NCBI GenBank assembly: GCA_024679065.1
Contig: JAGIQG010000014.1
Location: 75,144,001-75,208,000, forward strand
Reading direction: 5' to 3'
Source: Sphyrna mokarran
Taxonomy: Eukaryota
DNA length: 64,000 bases
The notes under the pieces were generated by a model, which was not told the DNA's origin, did no database searches, and saw only the letters and a list, made by a program, of their open reading frames with translations. The position numbers and the translations under genes are program-made. Positions 37,185 to 51,442 of this stretch are shown here, one piece after another. The stretch's first letter is position 1. The number at the start of each line of letters is the position of its first letter.

Positions 37185-40100
37185 CAGAAACATGGAAATT
37201 GGAAGTAGGAGTAGATCATTCAGCCTTTCGAATCTGCTCCACCATTCATTTTGATCATGAGTAACCATCAAATATAGTCTTGGCTCTCTCTTTCCTCCGT
37301 TGATCCCTTTAGCCTCAGGACTATATCGACTTTCTTCTTGAAATCAGATAACGTTTTTGTCTCAACTACATTCTATGGTAGTGCATTCCATGGATTCACC
37401 ACTCTCTACGTGAAGGAGTTTCTCCTCACTGCAATTCCAAAAGTGTCAATTCTTATCTTCAAACTACGACCCCTAGTTCTGGATTCCACCAGCATTGAGA
37501 ACATTCTTTCAATATCTACCCTGTCTAATCTTATTAAAATTTTACAATTTTCTGAGATCCTCTCTCACTCTTTTAAACTCCAGTAAAGCTAATCATAACT
37601 GACTTAGTCTGTCCTCATATTATAGACGTGGCAATCCTGAAATCAGCCTGGTAAGTTTTTGCTGACCTCTTTCTATAGCAAGGGCAGCCTTCCTCAGAAA
37701 ATAATACCACCACTGTACACAAAACTCCAGGAGTGCCCTGACCAACACTCTATACAATTGCCGCAAAACATCCCTATTCCTAGAACAAAAACCTCTCGCC
37801 ATGAGGGCCAACATACAATTCAACTTTTTTACTGCCTGGTGTACGTTGACACTTACTTTCAGTAACTGATGTACGAGGACTCCAAGATCTCGTTGAGTAT
37901 CTGCCTCTCTCAGTTGTCACCATTCAAATAATAATCTGCTTCAAGTGGTTAACCTCATATTTATCCACATTGTACTGCATTTGCCATGCAGATGCCCACA
38001 AACACAGCCTGCTCAAAACACGCTGATATATCTCTGCATCCTTCTTACAGCTCACCCCCCTACTCAACTTTGGACCACCTGCAAATCTGGAGAAAATACA
38101 TTCAGTTCCCTCTTTCAAATTATTAATATATATAATGTGATTCATTGAAATCGTAGCACAGATTCCGTCAGAACTTCACTAGTCACTGACTGCCAATCAG
38201 AAAAAAAAACATTTATTCCAACTCTTTGCTAACCAGTTTTCTATTCAAGTCTACACATTACCATCAATCCCATGTGTTTTAACTTTATATTGTTATCTGT
38301 TATGTGCGACATTGTCAGATGTGCGACATCTGAAAGTCAAAATAAACCACAGCCACAGGTTTTCCTCGGTCAACACTACTAGTTATATCCTAAAACTCCA
38401 AAAATTCGTCAAGCATGATTTCCCTTTTGTAAATTCATTCTGACTTTGTCTGAATATTCCAATGTCTTCTAAATATTGAGTTACAAAATCTTGATAATAG
38501 ACTTTAGAATATAAGAAATAGGAGCAGGAGTCGGCTATCTAGCCCTTTGAGTCTGCCCCGTCATTCAGAAAGATCATGGCTGATCTGAAGTGGATCAGTT
38601 TCACTTTCCCACCTGCTCCCCATTACCCTTAGTCTTTTTGTCTATCAGAAATCTATCTACCCGTGACTTAAACATATTCAACGTGGTAGCCTCCACCACG
38701 TCAATGACAGAGAATTCCAGAGATTCACTACTCTTTGAATGAAGAAGTTCCTCCTCAACTCTGTTCTAAACTGCAGCCCCGCCCCTTATTTTGAGGCTGT
38801 GCCCACTGGTTTCCTTTCTAAGCGGAAAGAATCTCTCTACCTTTACCCTATCTAGCCTCTTCATTATTTTGCAAGTTTTTATGAGATCCCCCCTCAGCCT
38901 CTAAACTCCAGCGGGTACAGGCCCAGTCTACTTAATCTCTCCTCACAAGCTAACCCCCTTATCTCCAGTATCAGCCTGATAAACATTCTCTGTACTCCCT
39001 CCAAGGCCAATATATAAGGGGACAAAAACTGCACAGCACTCCAGTTGCAGCCTCACCAGTGCCTTGCAGAGCGAAGCTTCCCCGGTACCGACACCAAGCT
39101 CACTGGTCTATAACTCCCTGTTTTCTCTCCATCTCCGTTTTTGAATAGTCTACATATATTAGCTTATCTCCAATCTGTAGGAACTGTTCCAAAATTCAAT
39201 CAACTTTGGAAAATAACCACCAATGGATCTATTATTTCCAGGGTCACTTTCTCAAATGCTCTCCGATAAGGTTTATCAGGACCAGGAGATTTATCCGCCT
39301 TCAATCTCATCAATCTCACCCCAAACATTTCTCTATTAATGCTGAGTTCCTTCAGCTCCTAAAGACGTGTTTTTCTCTGCACTTCTAGTACATTATTCGT
39401 ATCTTCCTTTGTGAAAACTGATGGGATGTACAAATTTAATTCCTCAACCATTTCTTTATTTCGCCTTATGAATTTCGTGTTTCTGAATGTAAGGGGCTTA
39501 CTTTCATTTTCTGTCAATCTTTTTTTTCTCTTTACACATCAAAAGAAATTTTTACAGTCGGTTTTTATGTACAAGCTAGCTTACTTTCATACTCCTTTTT
39601 TCTTTTGTTAATCAATGCCTTGGTCCTCCATTGTTGAATTTTAAACTGTTCCTAATCCTATTGTTTTCTCTTGCCATTATGTATACTTCTTCCTTGGCTC
39701 TGATACTGTCTCTAATATCCCTTGTAAGTCATGGTGTGGCCACAATTCCCCATCACTCTTGTACCAAACAAGATTAAACAACTTCTGAAGTTCAGTTATT
39801 TGTTCTTGGAATGCCCGCCATTGCCTGTCCACTGACATGTCATTCAGTAATGTTTCCCAGTCCTTCATGGACAATTCGTTCCTCATACCATTATAGTTAT
39901 CGTTATTGAGATTCAGGACTCTGATATTAGAATGAACTTCATCACTATCCACCTTGACAAAGAATTCTACTATAATATGGTCACTCATCCCCAAGAGTTC
40001 TCTCACAACTACATTGCCAACCAACTCTTTCTCATTGCACAATACCTAGTCCAAGTTGGTTCATCAATGTACTGCTCCAGAAAGCCATGTCTTATGCGGT

Positions 40101-41710
40101 CCAGATATTCCTCATCTATTGTACTGTGACTAATTTGAATCTCACAACCTATATGCAGATTAAAGTCAACCATAATCAAAGAAGTCCCTTCAGTACATGC
40201 GTCCCTGATTTCATGTCTAATGCTTTTCCCAACATCAACACAACAGTTTGCTGGTACATATACTATGCCAACTAATGTCTTTTGTTCCTTGTTGTTTTTT
40301 TAACTCCACCATACAGATTCTTCATTATCTACACCAATATCTTTCCTCAATATCGTGTCAATATCATCTTTAATCCATCATGCAGCGCCGGCACATTTTC
40401 CTTTCTGTCTGTTCTTCCTAAACACCGAATAGCCCTCAAAGCTGAGTCCCCATTCTTAATCATATTGGAGCCACATCTCTGTAATTCTACTATGTAGACC
40501 CCTTTATGGTGCAGCTAATTCATCTATTTTTATTTCGAATGCTCTGAGCATTCAGGTACGATTCCTTAAAGAGAGCATTTTAACATGTCTTTTCCCTTTT
40601 CTACTATTTTTGACTGTGGCCCTTGATTCATCTGCCTATCACTTTCCTTATTTCCTTTATTATTTTTCCCTTGTTCTTTGTTCTTCCTGCTCCTAATCCT
40701 TGAAAGGTTCCCATCCCTTACCATATTAGTTTAAACCCTCCCCAACTACTCTAGATAGTATTTCCCTTGTTCCCCCACACCCTCCCTAACCCCGCCCCCC
40801 ACCCCATTTACTTCCTCCAAGTCATCAGTCCCTATCCTACCTAATTGTAACCCATCCAGTATGCACAGATCACACATTCTCCAGAACCGGTCCTAATGCT
40901 CTAGGAATGTGAAATGCTGCCCCACCCCCTCCCTCCCCCTGCACACAAGTATAGAAGCCTCCTACTTAACCTGTGCATTCTGCTACCTCTACTCTGACTA
41001 GCACGTGGCACGGCTGATAATGCTGAGATCACTACCTTTGAGGTCCTACTTTTCAGCTTGTTTCTTAGCTCCCTGTACAATGCTTTTAGGACTTTATCCT
41101 TTTTTCTATGAATGTTGTTTGTACACTTGCATACTACAACCACTGCCTGTTCACCCTCCGTCTTCAGAATGCTCTGCAGCCATTCTGAGACATCCTTGAC
41201 CCTAACACCAATGATGCAACATACCATCCCAGAATCTCACTTGCAGCCACAGAAATACCTATCTATTTCCCTTTCAATTGAAACCCCTATAACTATTGCA
41301 TTCCCATACATTTTACTCACCCACTCTGTAGCAGAACCAACAGTGATGCAACGGATTTGGCTGTTGTTCTTTGACCCTGTAAGGCCAGCCTTCTTAACAG
41401 TATCCAAAATGGTATATCAGATTTGCAGGGGATTAGCCACAGGAGATTCCTGCACTACCAACCTCGATCTCTGACTATGCCTGAAACCATCCATTCCCTT
41501 TCTGCCTGTGGAGTCCGAGCCTCCTGTGTGACCACTTATTTATATATGCTATCATGATACTCTCCGCCTCATAAATTTTACATAGTGTACCCATCCACCT
41601 CTCCAGCTCTGAAATGCAGACTTCCAGGAGCTGCAAGTGCGGACACTTTCTGAACACATGATAGCACAGGACAATAGAAACGTTTTTCGCCTCCCATCTG
41701 GAGCACAAAC
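37185..41710 (-). mobile_element. Near full-length decayed CR1 LINE (ORF1 + ORF2) with a nested CR1 3' end at ~38506-39070
   Basis: ORF1 at 41475..41708 (KCPHLQLLE..ISELE) and 40901..41227 (esterase-like). ORF2 pieces: LGMSDHIIVEF, IYINNLKEGTECIFSRFA, LYRVLVRALLEFCVQWW. Confidence 0.85.
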
Positions 41711-42949
41711 CAGGCTTGGATCTCTCTTGTCATCATTTTAAATTAAAATTATGAAAGATTTTTTTTCAGATTTTATCTAATACTCTAAAGCCATCCTTTG
41801 CTGCTCCTCGAATATAACCTCTTCCCTCTAATATTCGGTTAGTACAGAATATAACCTTTACAAACTATAAATCACAGAAATTACTTCTGAGACTATGAGT
41901 GATATTATTCTTAAATACGTACTTGGTATTTCTACTTACCATTCAGTTCTTTTCATTGTTTCCTCTATTGCTGCAGAAGCGCATGACCACACCTTTCTTT
42001 CATCTTGCTTGTCCTCCTCACCGTGTCCTTTCTCTTTTGCAACGTTTACCTTTCAGTCAGGGAGGTAATGAGCCCAAATAATCTGCTCGACGATGTATTG
42101 CCTGGACTTGTGGATGGCTACCTTGGCCAGCTTCTGTAGCAGATCCACGATGATATCCCGGTGATTTTTTTTTATTACCTCAAAAAACTTCAGAATAGTA
42201 GAGACTTACTAACAATCTCAAGTTGCTAGACGAGAACTGAAAGCAAAACGATAATTATTCAACAAGGAGATTGAATGTCAGTGCCAAATTACGCCATGGG
42301 CAATACATGGATCCCAGCTGTTATTTTTGCAACAACAGGTCCAAATCTTACATGATTCACACAAAATATACACATTTTTGGCGACCGCATGCTGACCAAT
42401 TGTTGTCATATTGAAATGACTTCCCACAATCACCTACATGAGTACCAGATTTTTTACTCCCTCGTGTCGTCAACACCACTACCGAAGAATTAATTGACTC
42501 TAATGACCCTGATGATTTTGTATCTGCTACTATCCAGAGTAAGAATGATGTAGAATAATTTCAAAGAGAAAAAATATCTTTTGATGTTCTAAATCATACT
42601 TCTGGTCAAGGCCAGCTATATTTCAGTAACACATATACAACCAACAAGGAGTAGATATCCTTTCGATCGACTTTCTTATTGACGGCATATAATAATGGTG
42701 CAAAGCTCTGTGTTTAGAGTAGCATTGATCCTTTGCATGACATCGGAGTAATTACTGGTCATGGCAGCAGAAGTGCAGGGTGAGAATCCACGTAAAATTC
42801 CCTAGAAACATTACATGTTTTAATAAGATCACTACTAATTGTTTAAAAAAACATCGTCTATAGACCTAGATAATGTGTGTTTTCCTCATAAAACAAGCTC
42901 ATCGTACCAGAAATAATCAATCTATTGCATGGTCTCTGAACATGGTCGA

Positions 42950-43320
42950 ATGCAAATATTTCCCTCCCTTAAATAAGAAGACCAAAAAATTACTCAGTGT
43001 CTAGATGTAGTCTAAGCTATGTTCCTGCACAATTGTAGCATAAACTTCCCTGCTTTCCTTCCCCATCCGTCTTGCAATAAGAAGCAACGTTCCTTTTGAC
43101 TTCCTAATTATTTGCTGTACCTGAACGCTAACTTTTTTTCCATGATTCATGTATCAGAGAGCACAAGTGCCTCGCTACCTCAGCATTCCGGTCGCTCCCC
43201 AACCTCCGTCTTTCCAGTGAGAACAAACAAAGTTTCTCCAACCTTTCCTCGTCGCTAATGCCTTCCATGCCATGCACCATCCTGGTAAATCTTTTTTGTA
43301 CTCTGTGGATGTGGACAACC
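42950..43320 (-). mobile_element. CR1 LINE fragments
   Basis: HRVQKRFTRMVHGMEGISDEERLEKLCLFSLERRRL. Confidence 0.75.
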
Positions 43321-45897
43321 AATGCGGATAACCAAATATTTTTCCACATGATGCACCATCTGTCAAATTGTTCTCTGCTTACATCCTCTCTCTTATCGTT
43401 TCAAAACTGTTCAAAACGGACTGTATCCTGCCGCGAGATAAGGGACTCAATGCAGGATTCCCGATTCTGCAAATAAAGGATACTGTGCGTCTCCTGATTA
43501 TTGAATCCCATACAAAAGAGACAAAATATCACTCAACTCCTGCTGCTTCTCTTCATCCACCTTTGCAATATGTCACCCCCACTAAGTTGCGGTGCCCAGA
43601 ATTAAACACAAAACCAAGTTCAGATCTAACCAGTATTTTGTAGAAAATTAGCAATCGTCCTTGCTTTTATACTCCCCGTCCTAATAATAAAGTCAATGGA
43701 CCATTACAAATGTATTTCTCAACTGGCCGTTCCATCTTCAACGACTTTTACACATGTACTACCTGCTGTCTAAGTTCCTGCATTTTTTTTAAATGAAACA
43801 ATTATTTCATTCTCCAAATCTTATCCTGCTTACCAAACCATAACTCTGCAGAAAGGAAAACCGGGCTAACCTAATGGATGGGTCATTTGAGCTACACTTT
43901 CCGATTCCCCTATTCTGTGACTTGCGATATCCACGCTGAACCAATAAGTTCAAACATGACAGCGCACTGACTCTTCCAGAGTGGCGCATGGCGTCATATT
44001 ATTTAGTATTATAAAGTACTATGTAATTCAATACAGCTGAGCAAGTTTGCTGCATTGAAATTATAAACAGTAATAACATAACTGATTAGCAACCCTTATT
44101 CTGTATCTGAATATTTCGCTTCCAACAGCTCTTATTCTAGCTTGGAAGTTCAATTTCTTATAGTGCAACTGTTTGAAAAGAAAAAAAAAATCAACTTGAA
44201 AAGATAAAACTGTCCTAAATTATAAAATGTGGTCAAGACGCAGTTTATTCCTGTTGAGAATAATTGGCTCTGTATAGTCCGGAGATAAACTGACTGACAA
44301 TAGTTTTACATATTTTTTAAGTAAGGTACAACATCAATCACCAATCGAGAAGAATAAGATGTGAAGCGCACGAATCTGAAATTAAGTCATCAATAGAACG
44401 TACAATTCTGTCTGCATGATGCAATTATGCAATGGGCAATGATTGATAGTCTGCATGCATTTGTAAGTAATGGGAGTGTCGTTCTATATTAGAAATGTTC
44501 TGACATTCATAGAAAAATAGTTTGGCATTACACTTCAAGTTAATATTATTATTCACAAATACTATAAAGAGAACTACAAAAAAATCAATGTATGCTTTCT
44601 TTGTTGCTGTTTTCATGATGCGCGATGATGCGCGATGACTAAATTGTGCAGTGCTTGATCTAGATGTTTCTTTGTTAAGTAAAAACGGTCAAATGCCACC
44701 TTCTTATTAAGGGATAATTCTGTCTTACCGAGCGAAGTATCAGCCCAAATACAATAAAAGACAACATGGAATTGCTCGTTATTCTAATATGAGTCTGATA
44801 GTTGCAGCAGTAAAACAATGTTTCATTTGAATTTTGAGGATAATGAAAATGGCTAAGTTGAATAACCCAGTGTTTTTTTGAACATATTTTGTTAGAATTG
44901 TAAAATCTTACTCTTCTACGTGTTGTTATTGAATCCAAGATATTCCATTTCAAATTTTCATTCAAAACGATTGTGCACCACTTTTATTTATACCGATAAG
45001 GCAGAGTCTGAAGGACATTTAACGACAAACACAGAACATGGTGGAAAATGTTCAGCATTTGTGGAGGTAGAACCGAAGGGAATTTTCATGCTGGTGACAT
45101 TTCATTGGGGAAAAAAAAGCTCACATTTTAATTGTTAACAGAGTGTCATGAGTTGAAAAGTAATTGAAAAATCTACCGAATGCATCATTTCGGTGGATAG
45201 TTTATTATTTTTTTCATCCTTGTGGATTTAAAGTAAGTACAAGTGGACACGTATTTCGTTCCAACTAGAACGGACGTTTATAAAGAGTACCAGCTATCCA
45301 AACGGACTCGCTAAAGATAAGCAATGTGGAAGTTTACGTCAGCAAGCAAACACGCGATTGTCTCTCTCAAGGTACAATATTGTGCAAAGCGGCAAAGGTT
45401 CTCACGTGATGCTTGTTTTTGAATATTTTTACCATTTTATGAATGACTTGAAAGCACCGGGAAAGTGTTACACGTTTATAAAGCCTACCCAGAATGTAAA
45501 ATTCAAACGGTTGTGCAAAGAAGTATTTTCGCGCGATTAAAAAATGTAGAAAAAAGAGTATCATGCATAACATGTTTATTCTAAAAAAAGCATGAGAATA
45601 CAGTGTAAACAATAATTATTTTTTAACATCACCATTTCGCAATGCAAATTATTGATTCTAAACACTGTTCAATTTATTCATGTCTTACACAGATCAGCAA
45701 GAATGCGGCTCACACGAAGTTTGGGAATGAATCATTGCCGATGGCTGCATCACAGATTTATCGAAGGAACCACCCGGTTTCACTTACACGTCACAAGTCG
45801 GCTTTAAAAAATACAATTTTAAATGACCTAATATTATTATATGAGCTCAAGTATTTTAATTGCACACTTCTAAATCCAAATACATGGAAGCGGTGTA

Positions 45898-45987
45898 GCT
45901 TTAAGGGCAGTTGTTGCAGTTATTGGTTGGGACACTCTGTGTCGCTGTCTACCAATAAGGAGCTGAAACGCTGGTCGCGATCTACCC
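45898..45987 (+). promoter_or_regulatory. Pcdh promoter cassette, gene 4
   Basis: GCTTTAAG 45898, TTATTGGT 45920, CGCT 45943, ACCAATAA 45951, GATC 45979. Confidence 0.85.
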
Positions 45988-46181
45988 CCGCCTCTTACAG
46001 TAATGTTGAACAGCTTGGAAGGGTGAGAGACAGACTGTTCCTGCGTTCATGCTGAGCAGACATGTTCAGAAGAAAAGACGCAGAAGGAATTTGTCTCTCT
46101 TGTTTAAGTGTTAACAATCAGAAGTAAGGTCGAATTTTCCTTTTTGATAACTGTTTATTATTAGGAATTCCAGCAAGAGCA

Positions 46182-48587
46182 ATGGCGAATATACTCAGCA
46201 TCTGGGCGTCTTTCATTCTTCTGCTGTGTATACCGGGGCAGGTTTCAGGACAAATTCGCTACTCGATTCCTGAGGAGCTGGAGTATGGGGCCTTTGTTGG
46301 GAATATCGCTGATGGTTTAAGCGTAAACGCTAGGGAAATAGCGGTCCGCAATTTTCGACTGGTCTCCGACAGCAGGAAGCAATACATGGAGGTAAATCTG
46401 GAAAATGGAAATGTATTTATTAATGAAAGAATCGACAGGGAACAGCTCTGTCGGCAAAGCCCTGTGTGTTCCCTTTCATTTCAAATACTGCTTGAAAATC
46501 CTTCAGAAATGCACCGCGTTGCAGTGGAAATACTAGATATAAATGATAATTCACCTAGTTTTTTAAAGGACGAATATGCTTTGTGGATCAATGAGTTAAT
46601 AATGCCAGGGAAGCGTTTGCCTCTCGAGAGCGCGCACGATCCTGACGTCGGCACAAATGCAATCAGCAGTTACCAGATTAGCCCAAATGAATACTTCGAC
46701 CTCAGAGTGCAGACAAGAAATGATGGAACTAAAAGTGCCGAGCTGCTGTTACAGAAAACCTTGGATCGTGAACAACAGTCAACCTTTCATCTTGTACTGA
46801 TAGCTACGGACGGTGGTATCCCCCATAGATCTGGCACTACTCGGGTTGTTGTTAATATTGGGGATGCGAATGATAACGCACCTGCATTTGACAGTGAAAC
46901 ATACAGTACCCACATTTTAGAAAACACCCGCAAAGGTACGTTAGTGATTAAACTCAATGCTGTTGATTTAGATGAAGGTACAAATGCTGAGTTAACATAT
47001 TCATTCACCAGCCATGTTTCGGAAAAGGCTCGGGAGTTATTCACGCTGGACCCAATAAATGGAGAGATAAAAGTTGAAGGAATATTAGATTTTGAAGAAT
47101 CACCTATGTACGAACTTGATGTAGAAGCAGTGGATAAAAGTGAATATCCAATGGCAGGACATGCCAAAGTTATGGTAGAACTAATTGATGTGAATGACAA
47201 CGCGCCTGAGATTGAAGTGACGTCGATATCTAGTACAGTCCCAGAAGACGCGCAGTCTGGGACGGTGGTAGCTACATTCAGCGTAAGGGATGCAGACTCT
47301 CGTGAAAATGGGCAAATCCAATGTGAAGTTGATGTGAATATACCATTTAAGTTCCAGAAATCTTTCGGCAATAACTATAAATTAGTTACAAGTGGTGATT
47401 TGGATCGGGAAACGACCCCGCTATACAACATATCAATTACGGCCCGAGATAGAGGATCTCCGCCTCTTGCTACAAGTAAAATTGTAATGGTGTCAGTTTC
47501 TGATGTAAATGATAATTCTCCAAGGTTTGCACAGTCTTCATATAACGTGTTTGTAATGGAGAACAATACACCGGGTTCTTCTATATTTAGTGTTAGCGCT
47601 GCAGATCCAGATATGGATCAGAATGGTGAAGTGTCCTACTTTATGTATGAAAAACAGATACAATATACATCTGCGTCTTCTCATATTACGATCAACTCGA
47701 AGAGTGGGAGTATTAATGCGCTGCTTTCATTTGATTATGAACTGCTGAAGAATTTCCAGATCATTGTTCAAGCTCAGGATGCCGGATCTCCACCCTTGAG
47801 CAGCACTGCCACTGTGAATATTATTATCTTGGATCAGAATGACAATGCTCCAATTATTGTTTCTCCTTTAACTTGGAACAGTTCCTTGGCCGTGGAGATT
47901 CTGCGCCAATCCATATACCCAGGACATTTGATCACCAAGGTAATCGCATCTGATGCGGATTCTGGGCAGAATATGCGGCTTTCCTTTCAAATTCTGGAGG
48001 CCACTGATCCAAGCCTCTTCAGTCTGGGGCGACTGTCTGGAGATATAAAAGCGGTGCGACATTTTAAGGAACAAGACTACGCCATGCATAAAATGATAAT
48101 TCTGGTGAAAGACAATGGGCAGCCCAGCCTCTCTAGCACAGCTACAATCTTCTTCTCAATCCTACCCAATGTTACTGAAAATCTCTCCAAACGTAGTCAC
48201 CAACCCAGAAGTCCTGAACAATTTTCTGACCTGAATGCTTATTTAATCATCATCTTTGGCTCAACATCCTTCATATTTTTTGCAATAATTATTTTCCTGC
48301 TGGTACTGAAGTGCAAGCAGAACACGATTACAAATTATTATCCCTCCACAAGTTGCTGTTGCTGCAGGCGAAGTAACTCGAATGACTACATAAATCGTAG
48401 AACAGTCCCCCGCGAACTTCTAAATTATTCTGGTGCACGGCAGATGCTTCCTGTTTCTGAAACACCCCAGTACACCGTTTGTTTATCTCCAGAGTCATCC
48501 AGAAGTGATTTTTTGTTCATAAAACCATGCGAAGCAACTCTACCGCTGAATGATTTGAATGTTCATGGTAGTAGCGTAAAAAAGTAA
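46182..48587 (+). CDS. Clustered protocadherin, single large exon (gene 4; 801 aa)
   Basis: Signal peptide, QIRYSIPEE, six EC repeats, TM, CCCCRR, tail YTVCLSPESSRSDFLFIKP. Confidence 0.95.
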   Translation: MANILSIWASFILLLCIPGQVSGQIRYSIPEELEYGAFVGNIADGLSVNAREIAVRNFRLVSDSRKQYMEVNLENGNVFINERIDREQLCRQSPVCSLSFQILLENPSEMHRVAVEILDINDNSPSFLKDEYALWINELIMPGKRLPLESAHDPDVGTNAISSYQISPNEYFDLRVQTRNDGTKSAELLLQKTLDREQQSTFHLVLIATDGGIPHRSGTTRVVVNIGDANDNAPAFDSETYSTHILENTRKGTLVIKLNAVDLDEGTNAELTYSFTSHVSEKARELFTLDPINGEIKVEGILDFEESPMYELDVEAVDKSEYPMAGHAKVMVELIDVNDNAPEIEVTSISSTVPEDAQSGTVVATFSVRDADSRENGQIQCEVDVNIPFKFQKSFGNNYKLVTSGDLDRETTPLYNISITARDRGSPPLATSKIVMVSVSDVNDNSPRFAQSSYNVFVMENNTPGSSIFSVSAADPDMDQNGEVSYFMYEKQIQYTSASSHITINSKSGSINALLSFDYELLKNFQIIVQAQDAGSPPLSSTATVNIIILDQNDNAPIIVSPLTWNSSLAVEILRQSIYPGHLITKVIASDADSGQNMRLSFQILEATDPSLFSLGRLSGDIKAVRHFKEQDYAMHKMIILVKDNGQPSLSSTATIFFSILPNVTENLSKRSHQPRSPEQFSDLNAYLIIIFGSTSFIFFAIIIFLLVLKCKQNTITNYYPSTSCCCCRRSNSNDYINRRTVPRELLNYSGARQMLPVSETPQYTVCLSPESSRSDFLFIKPCEATLPLNDLNVHGSSVKK

Positions 48588-50879
48588 TGTATATTAACCT
48601 TTGGGCTGGAGATTATTGGTTGCAGTTTAGTCTTGTCGTGAGGTAATCGATGACGCAATACAAATACAATTGACTTATGCGCTTGAACACTGTCCTAGAT
48701 ATGTGTATATAATAGTAATATTTGATTATTTATGCTAATTCTCGAACGCCTTCAACAGAGCTTGTCGTGTCAATGTTCACGTAAATAACTAGCTACATAT
48801 TTGTGTAATTCCTGCTTTGCTGAAACACATGAACAGTTGGAAAGAACATTTTCTCCAATATCTATAATCATAGCAGACGACTGTTCGAAATCTTTCTGTT
48901 TAAAATCTCATTAAAGTTTTCATTTCAGGATCCTAATTTGGGAAGAAGTTTGCAATTATCAATGATTAGAGGTCGCTAAATAAGGTCATTTTATTCCTAG
49001 ATCACTTACATTGTTTTGTATGTAAAAAAACGGAAGCTAAAACTTCATTAAACGGAACATGCCTTTTGTTTTGCTACGGCGAATACGACATTTTTGTCAT
49101 CTTGTCAACTCAGTGCTTTAAACGTAGGCGCAACATAGATTTTATGAACATATCAGTTTGTAAATTCAACGAACTATGTTTAAAATCAGAAATAATATAT
49201 TTGTTCGAGACTTCATGGACCTATAAATGTATTTCCAGGGGTGTTGGAAGAAATGCGTGTAAATATGTTTCAAATTCACGACACCTTTGGAAGGGAACTT
49301 ACAGCATCCAAACTTGACAACAGTGGAACTTCCTTTCGCCAGAGCTTCGCTGTTATTTACTCAAATGTAGAGAAAAAAAAGAGAAGATGGTGATTAAACA
49401 GAATTTCAATTACAAAAGTCTGATTAATTAGAACATGTTGCAGCTTGAGTCCAGAATCTATGTCGACAGTGAACTCAGACAATTGAGCTAAATCACGAGT
49501 TACGGAGTCCTATTTCTGATCATAGCTATTAATTATTGTTAGTTCAGATTCAAACTTTGGATCTGGCGTTTTGTTTTTGAAGGACTTTGGAATCATGTTG
49601 CATTCATTAATAAATCCGACCCCCAATAAATCTGATTCAAATAAATCTGACTTACTTGCGACACTAATAGTATTTTGTATATGATCCAGATAATGACAAC
49701 ATTGAAAAAAATCTTCATCTGTGATGCTGAAAGCATGATATCGAGCATTTAAAGTGAGATAAAAGAAAGTGCACGTCCGATGAACGACCACAATTATAGC
49801 AGTTTGACATCAAGAACTTATTTGACAAAGAAGACTGAACAATTGATGCACGTTTCGATAATGAAAGGATGCGCAACATTGTGGAGATTCACACTGCTTT
49901 CAATCAATAATTGTACATGATTAGCATCACATACTTGGCACATATGTTAGCATGAATATTTTTTTAATAGTGCAATTTGAAAAGAAAATGGCATAGAACA
50001 TTCGAAGAAAGTTTTTTCATCAACACAAGTGCAGTTGTCAAGCAATCAATTATTAGCTTGGTGTACGGACGATCCTTTCAAAAATGTGGAATTTAAAATT
50101 ATTTTTCATTGCGTTTAGTCTTATTTATATGACTTTGTAGCAAGTAGGCCCATCTAACAATATGAGCAGGAAAATATAGTCTGCCCTTTTGAAATCTAAT
50201 GTTTTCATGCATAATGTACCACCATTCTTCCCTCAGACCGTCCTCCATGCAATACCGTGGGAGAAGAAAATCATCGAGTAAGATAAGAAATTTCTCGGCT
50301 TTTTCGAGGACAATAAATCTCCAAATCTACCAGATACGTTCAGGAGCTCACAGAAAATATGAGGCACATTTACTTTCGCATTGTTCTATATCTAACTATG
50401 CTGCAGAATCCTACATTCATTGACTTATCCTTGTTGCGTTGACGGATTTTATTCTGAACAGCAGCAGTATGTGTGTTGAAGCTCATGCTATGATGAATTT
50501 TATGCAAAGATTTAAGAAGATAGAATGGCATGATGAGCACGTCTATGACAGCAGTTAAAATATAGATATAGTTTTATCTATCTATATAATGTTAATTTCG
50601 CTGCTCTCTTTTTCAATGATGGAAACGTTAGAGGTAATTGAAGGTAAACATCTCATGTAGTATTTGCGAAAAAATATTTACGAATGAACGATTACGAAGG
50701 TCACAATCCGAATACAAATTATGGAAACTAACATACTGATGGTAAATGAATCCAAAGTTAATTGAGAATGCATAACGTGAGGACATTTGACTGAAAGTAC
50801 ATTGATCTGTCTACTGAACAATAGTACTCTCCAAGTATTGCTCATCAAAAGAGGACAATAGGAAATATCAAGCGCAGGA

Positions 50880-51230
50880 ACAGATACACTGTGAGCACAC
50901 CTGAACAGTACCAACAACTTGCATTGACATAGCGCCTTTCGACATAGTCCTACATCCTGAATAAAGAGTGTTATCAAACTGAATCTCAAACTGGAGTCAC
51001 ATAAGGAGAGATGACTAACATCTTTATTTCTCACGTCCCAAAACGTAGGTCCTCAGAATCGTCATCAAACAGGAGACAAATTCATGCAGCCGGAGAGGTT
51101 TTGAGAGGACATTCCGAAATTTAGCATCATGATCTCACGGCCGCCAAGGGCAGAGAGACTAAACCCGGATTCTTAAGTGACCAGCATTGTAGAAGAGCAG
51201 AGATACCAGACGAAGATAATTAGTCTAAAC
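50880..51230 (-). mobile_element. Old L2-like LINE 3' remnant
   Basis: GGAGAGGTTTTGAGAGGACATTCCGAAATTTAG...CACGGCCGCCAAGGG resembles the reverse of an L2 ORF2 end; very degenerate. Confidence 0.4.
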
Positions 51231-51442
51231 TGTAAGATAACGGAAATGCTACCGTTCAAGTATTTACCGAAGTATGTGCTGCTGTGAAATTTGATTTAAA
51301 AGACTGCTCGCTTTATTCAGACATTATACATCGTGCACATTAAAAAATAACCAATATTATTAATGCTGTACATTTCAATATACGACTTGCGCACTACTAA
51401 ACATATTGGATCTCTGGGTGAAAATATTTTTGAAGCAGTACT

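Noticed and set aside
10781-39070. Similarity between 10781-11425 and 38506-39070 as a segmental duplication
   Set aside because: Both are 3' ends of the same CR1 family inserted into different host elements.
46787-47371. 194-aa antisense ORF (and similar antisense ORFs in the other Pcdh exons)
   Set aside because: These are shadows of the cadherin codon pattern, recur at homologous positions and show no independent protein features.
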